A stretch of DNA of 64,000 nt from Dictyostelium discoideum (taxonomy: Eukaryota). Positions 41,329-53,528 of the stretch are shown piece by piece. A model generated the notes under the pieces. The model did no database searches. It was not told where the DNA came from and saw only the letters and a list, made by a program, of their open reading frames with translations. Position numbers and translations under genes: made by a program. The stretch is taken from contig CM000151.3 of the NCBI GenBank assembly GCA_000004695.1, positions 2,560,001 to 2,624,000 on the forward strand, given 5' to 3'. Position 1 is the stretch's first letter. Each line of letters opens with the position of its first letter.

Positions 41329-42575
41329 ATAATAAAGAAAAGTTATTTTAAATAAATTATTGAAAGTTAAATTTTTTTAAAGGAATTTTTTTTAATTTTT
41401 TTTTTCTTCTTTAACTATTTATTTATTTTTATTTTATTTAATAAAAATATTCATTAATTTGTCTGTTTAATTTTAAAAAAATAAAAAATCGGTTTGTATA
41501 CAGGGTGTGTTTGAATACAAATATCAAAACTGGCAATTACTTGGATTTTCTTTTTTTATACAAAAACGGATTTTGTAAACGAAGATAATTATACAAAGGT
41601 TACCCTGAAATAATAAATTAATTTATATTTATTTGTTTTTATTTGATGATATATCTTGATACAGTGAAAATGACAGTAAATCTATTTAAAATTCAAAAGT
41701 GGTAAAGTTTGAGACTGTGTAGGTGTTAATTTAACTATTTTTGTTAATGTGAGTAGTGGGTTATTTTTTTTGTGTGTTTAAAAAATAATACTAATAATTT
41801 TTTTTTTTTTTTCTATATTTAAAAAAATAAAGGAAAATACAATAGTAATAAGTGTGGTGGTGGTGGATAAAAATTAAAAATAAAAAAAATAATAATAATA
41901 AAATTAAATCAATACACAAACACACACACAACTATGTTATTCTTTGACTCTTTTAGCTACAAAAAAAAAAAAAAAAAAAAAAAAACTACTTAAAAATATT
42001 TATAACTTAAATAATAAATCAGAAATATTAATAATTTTTTATTCCATTAACCGTTAAGTGGTTTTTTTGTATATGAATTTATTTATTTTTATATTTATTT
42101 TTCATTTTTATGATAAAAATATCAATCTCTACACATTTTTGTTTTAATTATTATTTTTTTTTTTGTGTTTGTATTTTTTTTTGTATTGCCAAGTAAAGTA
42201 GGGGGTTACTCCAAGTTTAAAAAATGTTACAAGTAAAAAAAAAAAAAAAAAAAAAAAGTTTCCACATGTGAATTTTCTTAGTGGAGTAAAACTACAACTT
42301 CTTTTTATAAAATCAAAAATATAAATAACTTTTCTAAAAAGAGCATCAGTTAAAATTATTAGTATTTTTTTTTTTTTTTTTTTTTTTAAAATCTACAACT
42401 TTTTTTTTACCTTTTTAAAGGGATTTTTTTTTTTTTTTTTTCCAATTATTTAAACAATAAGTTCAATCTTATAAATCAATCTAAGTATTTTTTTTAGAAA
42501 AAAAAAAAAAAAAATTTATATATATAAATAATAGTTATCTTTTAAAATAAATCAAAAAAAAAAAAAAAAAAAAAA

Positions 42576-42843
42576 ATGTCTCTTTTTAGTAAGTATACAT
42601 TATATATTAATATATATCTTTCGAGTCAATTTCTAATTATTTTTTTTTTTTTTTTTTTTAATAGATAACTTAAAATCAATCAGTTCATTTTCCAACTCAA
42701 TCGATAAAATAAATACTACAAATAAAATGAATAATAATTATTCACCAAATACAAATAGTACTTTTATAGTAAGAGATAAATATGAATCAAAACAAGATTT
42801 TAATGACCGTGTCCTTTATGATAGTTTATATCCATATTATTAA
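42576..42843 (+). CDS. Candidate small two-exon gene encoding a 64-aa Asn/Ser-rich peptide; join(42576..42588,42665..42843).
   Basis: ATGTCTCTTTTTA followed by a perfect GTAAGT donor at 42589. The 76-nt intron ends in a T19 run and AATAG at 42660-42664. Exon 2 keeps the frame open for 59 codons: MSLFNNLKSISSFSNSIDKINTTNKMNNNYSPNTNSTFIVRDKYESKQDFNDRVLYDSLYPYY*, with GC-containing codons (gaccgtgtcctt). An internal ATG would give a 40-aa alternative. No homology recognised. Confidence 0.35.
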
Positions 42844-43091
42844 AAATAATAATAAAAAAAAAAATAAAAATAAAAATAAAAAAAAATAAAAATAAAAAAG
42901 GATAAATTAAAATAAAGTATTTGTTTGATGTTTCATTTTTTTTTTTTTTTTTTTTTTGAAAAAAAAAGATATGTTAATTAAATGTTTAGTATAAAAATAA
43001 TTATTGATCGCACACTCAAAATAATAAATCGGAATTTTTTTTTTTTTTTTTTTTTTTTTACATTAAATGATTTAGAATTTAGCTAAATTAT

Positions 43092-43825
43092 TTATTCGTA
43101 TAAATTTGGGTTTGGTTTAACTTCAGTTAATAATTCTTCTGGTTTGAACCATAAAGCAATTTCTCTGTTGGCAGATTCAACTGAATCAGAACCGTGGATG
43201 ATGTTTCTACCAACATCAACACCGAAATCACCACTTTATTTTTGTTATTGTTATTTTTTTTATTTTTTTTAAAAAAAGGTATTACAAGTTAGTAAAATTG
43301 TGCACAACAATAATAATAATAATATAAATAAAATAAAAATAAATTGATAATTACCGAATTGAACCTGGGGCTGAGGCTAATGGGTTGGTAACACCGATCA
43401 TTAAACGGGCAGAGGCAACAACACCTTTACCTTCGAAGACCATAGCAACGACTGGACCAGAGGTAATGAATGAGACTAAACCACCGAAGAATGGTCTTTC
43501 TTTGTGTTCAGCATAGTGAGATTCAGCTAAGTCTTTGGTTGGAACTAATTGTTTTAAACCAACTAAAACGAAACCTTTCTTTTCGTATCTGGCGATGATT
43601 TCACCAACTAAACCACGAGCAACACCGTCTGGCTATGAATTAATAAAATAAAAATAAAAAAAAAAAAATAAAAATAAAAATAAAAATAAAAATAAAATTT
43701 TATTAGTAAATTAAAATAAATATGTGCTAAAAAAAAAAAAAATAAAATAAAATGTAAAAATAAAATAAAAAACTTACTTTAACAGCAAGGAAAGTTCTTT
43801 CTTTGTTTACTTTATTTGTGGACAT
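43092..43825 (-). CDS. ndkC: Nucleoside diphosphate kinase, cytosolic (155 aa); join(43092..43233,43355..43632,43778..43825).
   Basis: Exon 1 is [16 protein letters not shown], then a GTAAGT donor. Exon 2 is [93 protein letters not shown], with a phase-2 GTAATT donor. Exon 3 is [46 protein letters not shown]. The NDK motifs and active-site region NIIHGSD are all present. The protein matches the Dictyostelium cytosolic NDK sequence as I remember it. Confidence 0.9.
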
Positions 43826-44127
43826 TTTAATCTTATTAGGTTATGGTAACAAAAAGAAAAAAAAAAAAAAATGAAAAAAAAAAAAAAAAAAAAATTCGAC
43901 ACCAAAAAAAATTAACAAAAAAAAAAAAATAAAAAAAAAAAGTAAAAAATAAAAATTAAAAAAAAATGAAAATTTATTGATACCCGAACGAACTGCAAAA
44001 AAAAAAAAAAAAAAAAAAAAAGAAAAAAATGGGGTTCACGAACTTAAAAATAGAATTCGCTAAAAAAAATAAAATAAAATAAAATAAATAAAATTTTTTT
44101 AAAAAAAAAAGGGTGTGTTATTTTTTA

Positions 44128-44149
<22 letters not shown>

Positions 44150-44158
<9 letters not shown>

Positions 44159-44852
44159 GAAAGAATTTGAACTACCATATAATTCATCACAACGTTTATC
44201 GAAAGAATTAATCATTACATCTAAAGAAGAGGCAAAGAAATTTTCCATTAAAGTTGCATAGAATGGTGATTTGAATTGATATATTAATTTACAATGAGCA
44301 ATGGTGGTATTTGGAGTTTGACCTTGTTTAAAACTCCAAGTATTAATTAATTTATGAAATAGTGGTGTATCAGTTGCAGTGGATTCAATGAATTTGTTCT
44401 CTTTATATACAACTTTACTAACATAACTTTCTTTAATCGTACCTTGTCCAACTTCTAATTCAGCTTCAAAATGATTTTTATCTTTTTCTCTTTTCAATAT
44501 TGTTGAATTTAAACAAAATGGTAAAAATTCTTTATAATCTTCAACTTTTATAATAACACTATAAACTTGGTTAACTGGATACCTATTATTTATTAAATGT
44601 TATAACATTTCATATTAATATAACTAATATTATTCATATATATTATTCATGATGAATGATAGATTACTTTAATTCTTTAGTCATTTCTTTTGTAACTATT
44701 TTTGTGGTTGGTTGATTATGTGTATCACTTGCATCGTTGCTACCAAATAATTTATTGAAAAAGTATCTATCTCCATATCCAATATTATTATTGCAACCAC
44801 TTTTAAGGATTGACTTTGTTTTTGGTATAACTAAATTTGAATATTTTATCAT
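44150..44852 (-). CDS. coq10: COQ10-like coenzyme Q-binding protein (SRPBCC/START fold), about 205 aa; join(44150..44582,44668..44852).
   Basis: Exon 1 is MIKYSNLVIPKTKS..TKEMTKEL. A phase-2 GTAATC donor is at 44667 and an AATAG acceptor before 44582. Exon 2 is (K)YPVNQVYSVIIKVEDYKEFLPFCLNSTIL...KRCDELYGSSNSFKK*, which matches the COQ10 patterns YS.QQ.YDVV..VE.YK.FVPWC and RAC.LYG. Confidence 0.7.
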
Positions 44853-44918
44853 TTTAAAAAAAATAAAAAATAAAAAAATAAAAAATAAAAAAATAAAAAA
44901 TAAATTAAAATAAAAAAA

Positions 44919-44961
<43 letters not shown>

Positions 44962-45220
44962 TTTTTAATAATTTTTATTTTCAATTCCTTTTCGAGATAA
45001 CCAATCAAATTGTTTCATTTAATTTTGAATGCAAATATTCTAATTTACCAGAAATTGGTTAAAATTTTTTTTTTTTGTTTTAAGTTTATGATAATTTACT
45101 TTTTTTTTTTGGTAATTTAATAAAAAAAAAAAAAAAAATCTAAAAATAGTTTTAGTGATTGATTATAGTGAAAAATTTTCCTATAATCGATAGTTTTTTT
45201 TATTTTATTTATTTTTATAT

Positions 45221-47886
45221 CTAATTTAAAGCTCCTAATTTCTTTGACATTGAAACAGCAAATTTTTTGTTTTTCTTTGTTTTGTGAACAGAGTAAACAA
45301 TACTAACAACAATTACAGTTGCAAAACCTGCAGCACCAATAGCAATACCAGCGATTTGACCTTTTGTTAAACCAGATTTCTTTGAACATATTGAATTTTC
45401 ACTTGATTGTGATGCCGCATTTTGGTCGATTAAAAGTGAAAAATCAGGATCAATCGATACAGATTCACTATAATGTGGAATTATTATACCAATATAGGAT
45501 TGTTGAGCATGTGTATTTGATTCAATTGTATTCATTGAATCATCAAGTAAAACATTGTCAACGCTAACTACAAGATCATCAACGATAGCTCTTTTTAAAA
45601 ATCTACCGTAAACGGAATGATCATCAATTTGTAATTTAATAAAGTTTGAATCGTCACCATTTGTGGTATCACCAAATGATTTTGAGGAACATACATCATC
45701 ATTGCTATTATCACCTGTGGAAAGTAATGTTGCAGACATTACCAATTGGAGTTGATTTAATGCTGATGAGAATGGGTAATTTGTAATATCAACATTGAAT
45801 TTAATTGATGATGGATTCATTGTTAATTGTTGACCTGCGAATGTAACGCTTGAAGTTTTTGAAAACCATTGCATTGTTGTTGTAACATTAACTTTTTCAT
45901 CTTTACCTTCAATTGAAATTGTTGTATCGTATCTACTAGTATTTGAGTTTATTTCTTTAAATGACCATGTATTTAATGGAATGGTTTTGATTGGATTACC
46001 ATTGAAATCTAATTCTCTTAATGAAACAATTGAAATTAATGATTTGTAAATAATTTGTGGTGGTAAGTTTGGATTACCGCCAGTGGTCGTAGAAGAACCA
46101 CCACCATTATCACCTGGAATTGGAATTTCTATTGATGGATTACTTCCATTAATTATTGGTGGTATAACTTCTAAGAGTTTTGAACTACAATCTTTACCAT
46201 AATATGGAGTTATACAAACACAACCATTCTTTGTACAAACACCTTGATTTTCTCCACCACATTCTGGGTTACCTAAACATTTTTGAGGTGGATTTGTTGG
46301 AATTGGTGATTTTGTTGGAGGTTGAGTTGGAGGTTTAGTTGGAGGTTGAGTTGGAACTGGGTCAGTGTAGTTGAAAAAGTATAGTTCTGGTGTAATTGTA
46401 ATAATGTTTGATTTTTTGACTGGTTGTAATGAATTTAAAAGTTGAACTGTGAATGATTGATTTGTTGGTTTGATACCTGTAATTACTAAGGCACTATTGT
46501 ATCTATTACCTGTAATTGGTTGAGATACTAATTGGGAATCATAGTAAACAATATTAACAGTATCTATTGAAGAGAAACCTCTACCCTGTAACAATATATC
46601 ACCTCCTTGATTTGTTATACCTGTTGAAGATTTTATAATTGGAATATCCATTGAAAATTGATCAGTTGTAATAAACCATGCAGTTGAACCCATAGATTTA
46701 AGTAAATCACTTGAATAGCCTGAATAATAGCCACCATTATTAATGAAACCATAAACTGAAACTGTAAATCCGAGTGGATAACCAAAGCCAACTGGTATTT
46801 CAACTGTACATGAATATTCTGCATCTGTTGATGTTCTTGATTCAATTTTTGAAATGCATTCTACTGAACCTAAATTTTCATCAATTAAATAAATAGCTGG
46901 AAATTGGTTATTCTTTAAACCACTATCTAAATCTTGTGCTTTGAAATTAAAAGTAATTGATCTATCTTGAGAACCAACATCAATATTTGTTTTTGATGCT
47001 GTAAAACTAATTAAAGTTGGTGGAGATGTATCTAATGCTGTGCTACAATTTGTGCTATCTACTGAAAGTGTCAATGATTCATATGGTAAAAGGTAAAATG
47101 GATTGACAACTGAAACAATGCTAAGAGGACTTAGAACTCTTTCATTATCAAGCACAGCCATATAATTATTTACATTACCAAATGTATCGCCAAGATAAGC
47201 ATTGACTATAATATAATCTTGAGCAATACAACCATAGTTATTTAAATTATCTTGTAATGGTATTGAAATTAAATAATCTGCTTTCCATTTATCTCCACTT
47301 CCTCTAACAGCTGTTGAAGGTGAAATTGAAAAATTATATACTGACGAATCTAAACTACCTTTAACAGTTACAAAACCATTTAAAAATCCATTAATTTCAT
47401 CTTCAATTGTTAATAACCAACCAACATTTGATGTTCCAAAATCTGATTGCGATTTTTTAACTATTTTTGTAACTATTGGACCTACAATATCAATATTCTC
47501 TGAAATTATATTTAATTGATATTTATCTGGTAATGCTGTGTTTATGAGTGTATTATATTTGGCAAATGTTAAAGTCCAATCCAACACACCTGGTACTATA
47601 TTTGCTGGCATTTTAAACATTACACTAAATCTACTATTTGATTCATCCCATTTTGCAAATTTATAATTAGGGCTGTACTTTAAGGAATAATCTGTTTGTG
47701 CATTATTATCTTTTAATGTTTTTGGTTCAGATAATGAAAAACCAATTGCTAAATTTTTATAATTTTCAATATTATCAAATGTAAAATACATTATATTATC
47801 TACACTTTGATTTGTAACATGGACATTATTAAATAAGAATGAAATATTTTTTAAATCTTTATAATAATTTACTGTATCTATTTTTA

Positions 47887-47921
<35 letters not shown>

Positions 47922-48354
47922 AATAAAATTTAAAAATTAATATTTTAAACCATTTCTTTTTAAATTTACATCTTAATAGTATATATTAATATATTTATAA
48001 CTTACTATTTAATTGAATTCCAGGTAAAATCATAATTTGATCAGGATTGGTAATTGAAAATGGATATAATGGGGTATAAGTTGTTTTTAAATCCAATTCA
48101 TTAATAAGTGAAACTGCATTTTGGGTATCAATTCCCAAGTTTACTCCATCATGCACATATTCCCAAGCACCATTTAAATTATTACCTGATACTAAATTTT
48201 GAGATCCAAATCTTAAATAAACACCATCTATAATATGATCGATATATTTAACACCTACATCATCTTGAGCTTTAAAAATGACTAAAAATGAAAATTGGAA
48301 AATATTAATCCTTTCAACAGATGTAATCTTTCCTAGACTTCCATTGACTAATTA

Positions 48355-48390
<36 letters not shown>

Positions 48391-50042
48391 CTCTGTTAGT
48401 TAATTTTTAATAAAAAAGAAACAAAAGTATTAATTATATCATACCAATTTTATAAAAATCTTTATTTACTTCAACAAATGATGAACCACAGTTCCAAGAA
48501 AAACTTTGTTGAAATGATTTAGGTGAAATAGGAGTGGAAATACTCATTTGATTATTATCATTGTTACCATTAATAAATCCAAATGGGAAATCATAAATAA
48601 AACCAGAATCAAATATTTGTTTGAAATTACAAGTCAAAGTTTTAAAATCATATCTGGAAAAACCATTAAACTTTACAGTTATAAAATTTGATGTTGTGGT
48701 ATTATCAAGGCTAACGGTTGGTGTACCCAATGGATTTGAAGTTGTTACTAATAGATAGTTTGTATGGTTTATTAGTTTAAAATCATAAGAATATTAAAAT
48801 TTAAAATTTAAAAATATTAAAAAACTTACTTTGGAAATTAAATGTTGAATTGAAATCATTCTTGAATGAGTTATCCTCCTTTTGGGAATAAAAATTAAAA
48901 TTTTGTTCTCCAAACAAAAGTGGCATTGGGTTAACGAAATATTTAACCTTACCTTTTACACCAGATATTGGTTTAGGAGTAAAGTAGAACGGACTACTTT
49001 CAAAAGAATAAACTGGTCTTTGAATTGATGAATTTGATGTGAATTCAATTCCAGTACCATACAAAGCATTGTATCGAAGGTCTCTCCACTTGTATTCTTG
49101 AATATCAGTTATTGAAATAATTGGATCTTTTATAATAAAAAAATTTGATTGTTAATATTAATATTATTATTATTTTTTTTATTTTTTTAATATATATATT
49201 GATTTATATTAAACTTACCTAAAAGATTAAATGGTACTGAAACTTTTAAAACTTGATTACTTGTAAATTTTAAATCAATATCCCATATATTTGAATTTGG
49301 TGCAATTTTTAAATAATAATTTTCACTATATAAAATTCGGTATTGAGAGTTTCCCATTCTATTTAATGTCGCAAAATCACTCTCAGGCATTGTACTTTCA
49401 TCTGGTACTCCATTTAATCTTACAATTGATGAATATTTATAAACATCATTCCAAGTAACCTCTTGAATAATATCTATTGTTACTAATGATACTTCAACCT
49501 CTATTTAAATTTTATTTTGAAATGTAGAATTTAAAAAAGATATTAATAAAAAAAAATAAAAAAAAAAGGATAAAAATTTAATTAAAAAAAAATAAAAAAT
49601 AAATAATAATAAAAAAAATTATTTGTTTAAAAAATAAAATAAAATAAATGAAAAAAAAAAATAAAAATAAATGAAAAAAAATAAAATAATTACCTTTGCA
49701 AATATAACTAACATTTAAATATCCATTGTTTTGATTACCATCATTAACTGTAAAAATAATATTTTTTGTTTCCCCAATGTTTAAATACTCAAAATGGCTA
49801 TAAAGACTAAAATCACTGGTTGAAGTTAAAAAAAAACTAGCTGGAAATAAATTATCTATATTGGATTGTTGAGTAGAATTATTTACTAAAATATAATGAT
49901 AAACACCACAAACGCTTTGTGTCAAATATTGAGGGTAACTTATTAATAGATTATTTGGAGTAATATCTGTTAATATAAATTGCGATTTAATAAATCCAAA
50001 ATTTATTAATAATATATAAAAAAATAAATAAAAAAATTTCAT
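45221..50042 (-). CDS. Large secreted/type-I membrane glycoprotein (about 1385 aa, 6 exons); join(45221..47877,48006..48281,48445..48747,48830..49126,49219..49500,49694..50042). It is Tgr/ComC-like, with IPT/TIG-like beta-sandwich units, a Pro/Thr-rich linker, an EGF-like Cys module and a C-terminal TM anchor. The family assignment is tentative.
   Basis: ATG at 50042 with signal peptide MKFFYLFFYILLINFGFIKSQ. All five introns are phase 1 with canonical sites, on the complement strand: GTAATT at 49693 and ATAG before 49500; GTAAGT at 49218 and AAAAG before 49126; GTAAGT at 48829 and TTAG before 48747; GTATGA at 48444 and TTTTAG before 48281; GTAAGT at 48005 and AATAG before 47877.

The last exon contains PVPTQPPTKPPTQPPTKSPIPTNPPQ, then CLGNPECGGENQGVCTKNGCVCITPYYGKDCS (EGF-like), then many N-glycosylation sequons. 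It ends with the TM segment IAGIAIGAAGFATVIVVSIVY and a basic tail KTKKNKKFAVSMSKKLGALN*. The exon 2/3 acceptor has an in-frame alternative 30 nt downstream. Confidence 0.6.
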
Positions 50043-50406
50043 TTTTTAAAAATAATTTATTTTATATTTATTTTTCTATTTATTTATTTTTCTATTTATT
50101 TTCTATTTAATGATAATTTTTTTTTTTTTTTTTTTTTTTTCGTAGGAAAGAAGTTGAAAAAAAAAAAAGAAGTAAATAAAAGATATTTTTTCGAGCTCGA
50201 AAAAACCCAGCTAAAGATATTTTTTCAAATTGAAAATCTTTACTATTTCTTTTATTTTATTAATTTCTTTCACACAAAATTCGTTGCTTTATCTAGATTA
50301 ATTAATTAGATTGCATTTTTTTTTTTTATTTATTTAATTTTATTTTTTTTTATTTTTTTTTTTTTTTTTTTGTTTTAAAAGAATCAGTTATTTGGAAAAA
50401 TTGTAA

Positions 50407-50439
<33 letters not shown>

Positions 50440-50464
50440 AAACGAAAGATATTTTTAAAAAACG

Positions 50465-50950
50465 CGTCCTGTATCCAATTTTCCTGATATTTTTTAATTT
50501 TTTCTTATTTTTTTTTTTATTTACTAAAGGCTTCTAATTTCCTTGCATTTTTTGTTTTTCTTTGTTTTGTGAACAGAGTAAACAATACTAACAACAATTA
50601 CAGTTGCAAAGCAAACAGAACCAATTGTAATACCAGCGATTTGACCTTTTGTTAAACCAGATTTCTTTGAACATATTGAATTTTCACTTGATTGTGATGC
50701 CGCATTTTGGTCGATTAAAAGTGAAAATCAGGATCAATCGATACAGATTCACTATAATGTGGAATTATTATACCAATATAGGATTGTTGAGCATGTGTAT
50801 TTGATTCAATTGTATTCATTGAATCAATTGTATTCATTGAATCATCAAGTAAAATATTATCAACACTAACTACAAGATCATCAACGATGGCCCTCTTTTT
50901 AAAAATCTACTGTAAACTGAATGATCATCAATTTGTAATTTAATAAAGTT
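50465..50950 (-). pseudogene. Truncated, decayed duplicate of the last ~330 coding nt plus the 3' flank of the adjacent large glycoprotein gene (45221-50042). It lies directly upstream of that gene's start.
   Basis: 50527-50950 aligns base for base with 45229-45660, with gaps: GTGAACAGAGTAAACAATACTAACAACAATTACAGTTGCAAA.., ..CCAGCGATTTGACCTTTTGTTAAACCAGATTTCTTTGAACATATTGAATTTTCACTTGATTGTGATGCCGCATTTTGGTCGATTAAAAGTGAAAA.. There is a 1-nt deletion, an 18-bp tandem duplication (CAATTGTATTCATTGAAT x2) and point changes that break the frame. The flanks 50465-50526 and 45160-45228 also match. The track ORF 50870-51064 (..DDSNFIKLQIDDHSVYSRFLKR..) is the residual reading frame. Confidence 0.65.
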
Positions 50951-51443
50951 TGAATCATCAAGCAAATTTTTATTTAGGAATTTCAAAAATATTTCTCTAA
51001 AGGATTTCTTATCAAACCTCATTGAAAATTTCAGCACTAAAGTGTTAAAAAAAAAAAGAGGCAACCAACTAGCACATAATTACTTTTTAACTTTTATTTT
51101 TATTTTATATGCAGATTATAAAATAAAAATAAAAGTCCCCTTAAGTTTTTGCCAACCAAATCCAAAAAAACAAATTGTTTATATATGGTGAAAATAAAAT
51201 AAAATTACAATTTTTAAAAAAAAAAAAAAAATAAAATTAATATGCAAGTGAGTCGAATGTAAAACAGACCTAAATTTAATTTAACCTTTGGTTAATTTTA
51301 CAATTTTAATTTTTTTTTTTTTGTTGTATTTGTGATTTAATTTTTTTTTATTTTTTTTATATTTTATTAAATAATAGGAATTTATTTTAAAATTATTTAG
51401 ATTTCTAATTTCCAATCAATTCTTGTTTTGTGTGGGTGAAAAT

Positions 51444-51483
<40 letters not shown>

Positions 51484-51652
51484 AAATAATGTGGTGTGTG
51501 GGATTTAAATTAACTAAATTTAATTTTACGTTGCCTTACGCACACCAACATTTTAATGCATTGACTAAACATATATTAAATATTAATTAAAATTACAATT
51601 TAAATTTTTTTTTTTTTTATTATTTTTTATAATTTTTTTAATTTTATATAAT

Positions 51653-51764
<112 letters not shown>

Positions 51765-52259
51765 GGATTTGCTTTTAAATAAAATAAACAAATAACTTTT
51801 TATTTTATTTTTTCTGAATTTTGAAATTTCTTTTGATTTTTGTACAAATATAAGTAAATTATTTTTATTTACAATTAATTTGTTATTTTTAAAAAAAAAA
51901 AACATTTTAATTTAAATGAATTTAATATATAAAGTGGTGATAGAATAGACTGAATATAATAATTTTTCGGGAATAACTTTACATTAATAACCGAATCTCC
52001 CAAATTTAATATTTTAAATTCAATTTTAATTAATATACTTTAATTAAAATCAATTTTAATTAATATATTCTAAAAATGGAAATTTAAATTAATTTTTTTA
52101 TTTTATATAAAAAAGGATACTATTTTTTTTTTTTTTATTTTATTATAAAATACAAATATATTTTAAAAAGGTAAAAAATAAATATATCATAAACTTTAAA
52201 TATATATATTAATAGTTTTTTAAAAAAAAAGATAAAAAATAAAAAAAATAAAAAAAATC

Positions 52260-52484
52260 ATGTTAAAAATTTTAATAGCAATTTTAGTGGTGATCTCATT
52301 GTTTTCAAATGTAAATGCAATAGATATAGGAGATTATCAAAATGAAGCCCAGTGTGCCATAGGTTGTGTTAAAAATGCACCAAATTATTCATATGAATGT
52401 GCAAACTGGAGTTTCCCATCATGTAGAGATTTATTAAAAAAATGTGCAATAGAATGCGCAGAAGCTTATGAAAATGCCAGATAA
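52260..52484 (+). CDS. Small secreted cysteine-rich protein (74 aa; 8 Cys), single exon.
   Basis: MLKILIAILVVISLFSNVNA signal peptide, then IDIGDYQNEAQCAIGCVKNAPNYSYECANWSFPSCRDLLKKCAIECAEAYENAR*. The codons are notably GC-containing (gcccagtgtgccataggttgt). The Cys pattern is internally symmetric, CAIGC..C..C..C..CAIEC. Confidence 0.5.
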   Translation: MLKILIAILVVISLFSNVNAIDIGDYQNEAQCAIGCVKNAPNYSYECANWSFPSCRDLLKKCAIECAEAYENAR

Positions 52485-53528
52485 TTAAAATTATGAAAAA
52501 AATGGGCTGGTCACAAGGTTTTGTTTAAAAAAATGGACTTAATGTCTGATAACAAAGTTTGTTTAAAAAATAAAACAAATAAACATTAATAAAAAAAAAC
52601 CAAAAAAACATAACAATTTTTTAATTTTATTAAATTGTTTAAAATGTATTCAAAAAATATAAAGAAAACATTTAATCTTTGTATTAGTTTAAAAGTTTTT
52701 GGTATGAGAAAATGTGAATATATATTTTATGATTATGAAAAAATTAAAACCAAAATGAACGAGATTTTTTTATTTATTTATTTTTTATTTTTAATTATTT
52801 TGTTTTTTTTTTTTTTTATTTTTATTTTTATTATTTTAAAATCATATTATCAAGTATCTATAATTTTATTCATAAAATTAGTAATTCAATATGTCAACAA
52901 CTAGTAATGGTAATGATAATCCAGAAGCAGGTATGGAAATGATTTAAATATAGATATTACTCAAAATCTTGAAATAAATGCAAATCAACCACGACAGAAA
53001 ACAAATGATATAGTAAACCAATTTCCAACATATACACCATCATTACAACATCAACCTCACAAATTATTTTAAAGTCAATAACAAATACATTAAGAAAACA
53101 ATAAACACTGTTGTAGCCAACCAACAAATGTTTTAAGATTGTGACCCATATTATTCAAAGGATTGTACTAACTTATAAGATGCAAAATTTATTGTTCAAA
53201 TCATTACAATGTTTATATTTCACAATCTATTAAATAAAACAAAAATATAAAAAAATTTAAAACAATTGTTTTATAATTGTTTAATTTTATTATTATTATC
53301 ATTATTTTTTTTCCCCAAAAAATTATTTTAATATTTTTATATTTAGTATTTGGAATTTATTTATCTCTGTTCTTCCAATTTTTTTCATTATTTAATTAAT
53401 TATCAAAAAATTGTCTAAAATGATACATTATTTATTTATATATCAAAACAAACAGTGTTTTTTTTTTTTTTTTATTTAATACTATTTTAAAATTTTTATT
53501 TATTATTTTATTTTAAATTTATAATTTA

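Noticed and set aside
50100-50240. A palindrome TTTTTCGAGCTCGAAAAAA and repeated AAAGATATTTTTT motifs at 50150-50500 as a possible regulatory hairpin or ncRNA.
   Set aside because: The stem is short and AT-rich, and it lies in the 3' flank of the duplicated fragment. It is more likely a duplication scar of the 3' UTR region (the same ..GATATTTTTT.. appears three times) than a functional element. I could not support it further.
50870-51064. ORF 50870-51064 (-) taken as a small gene.
   Set aside because: It is the residual frame of the decayed duplicate of the glycoprotein gene's 3' end. It is frameshifted relative to the parent and has no start.
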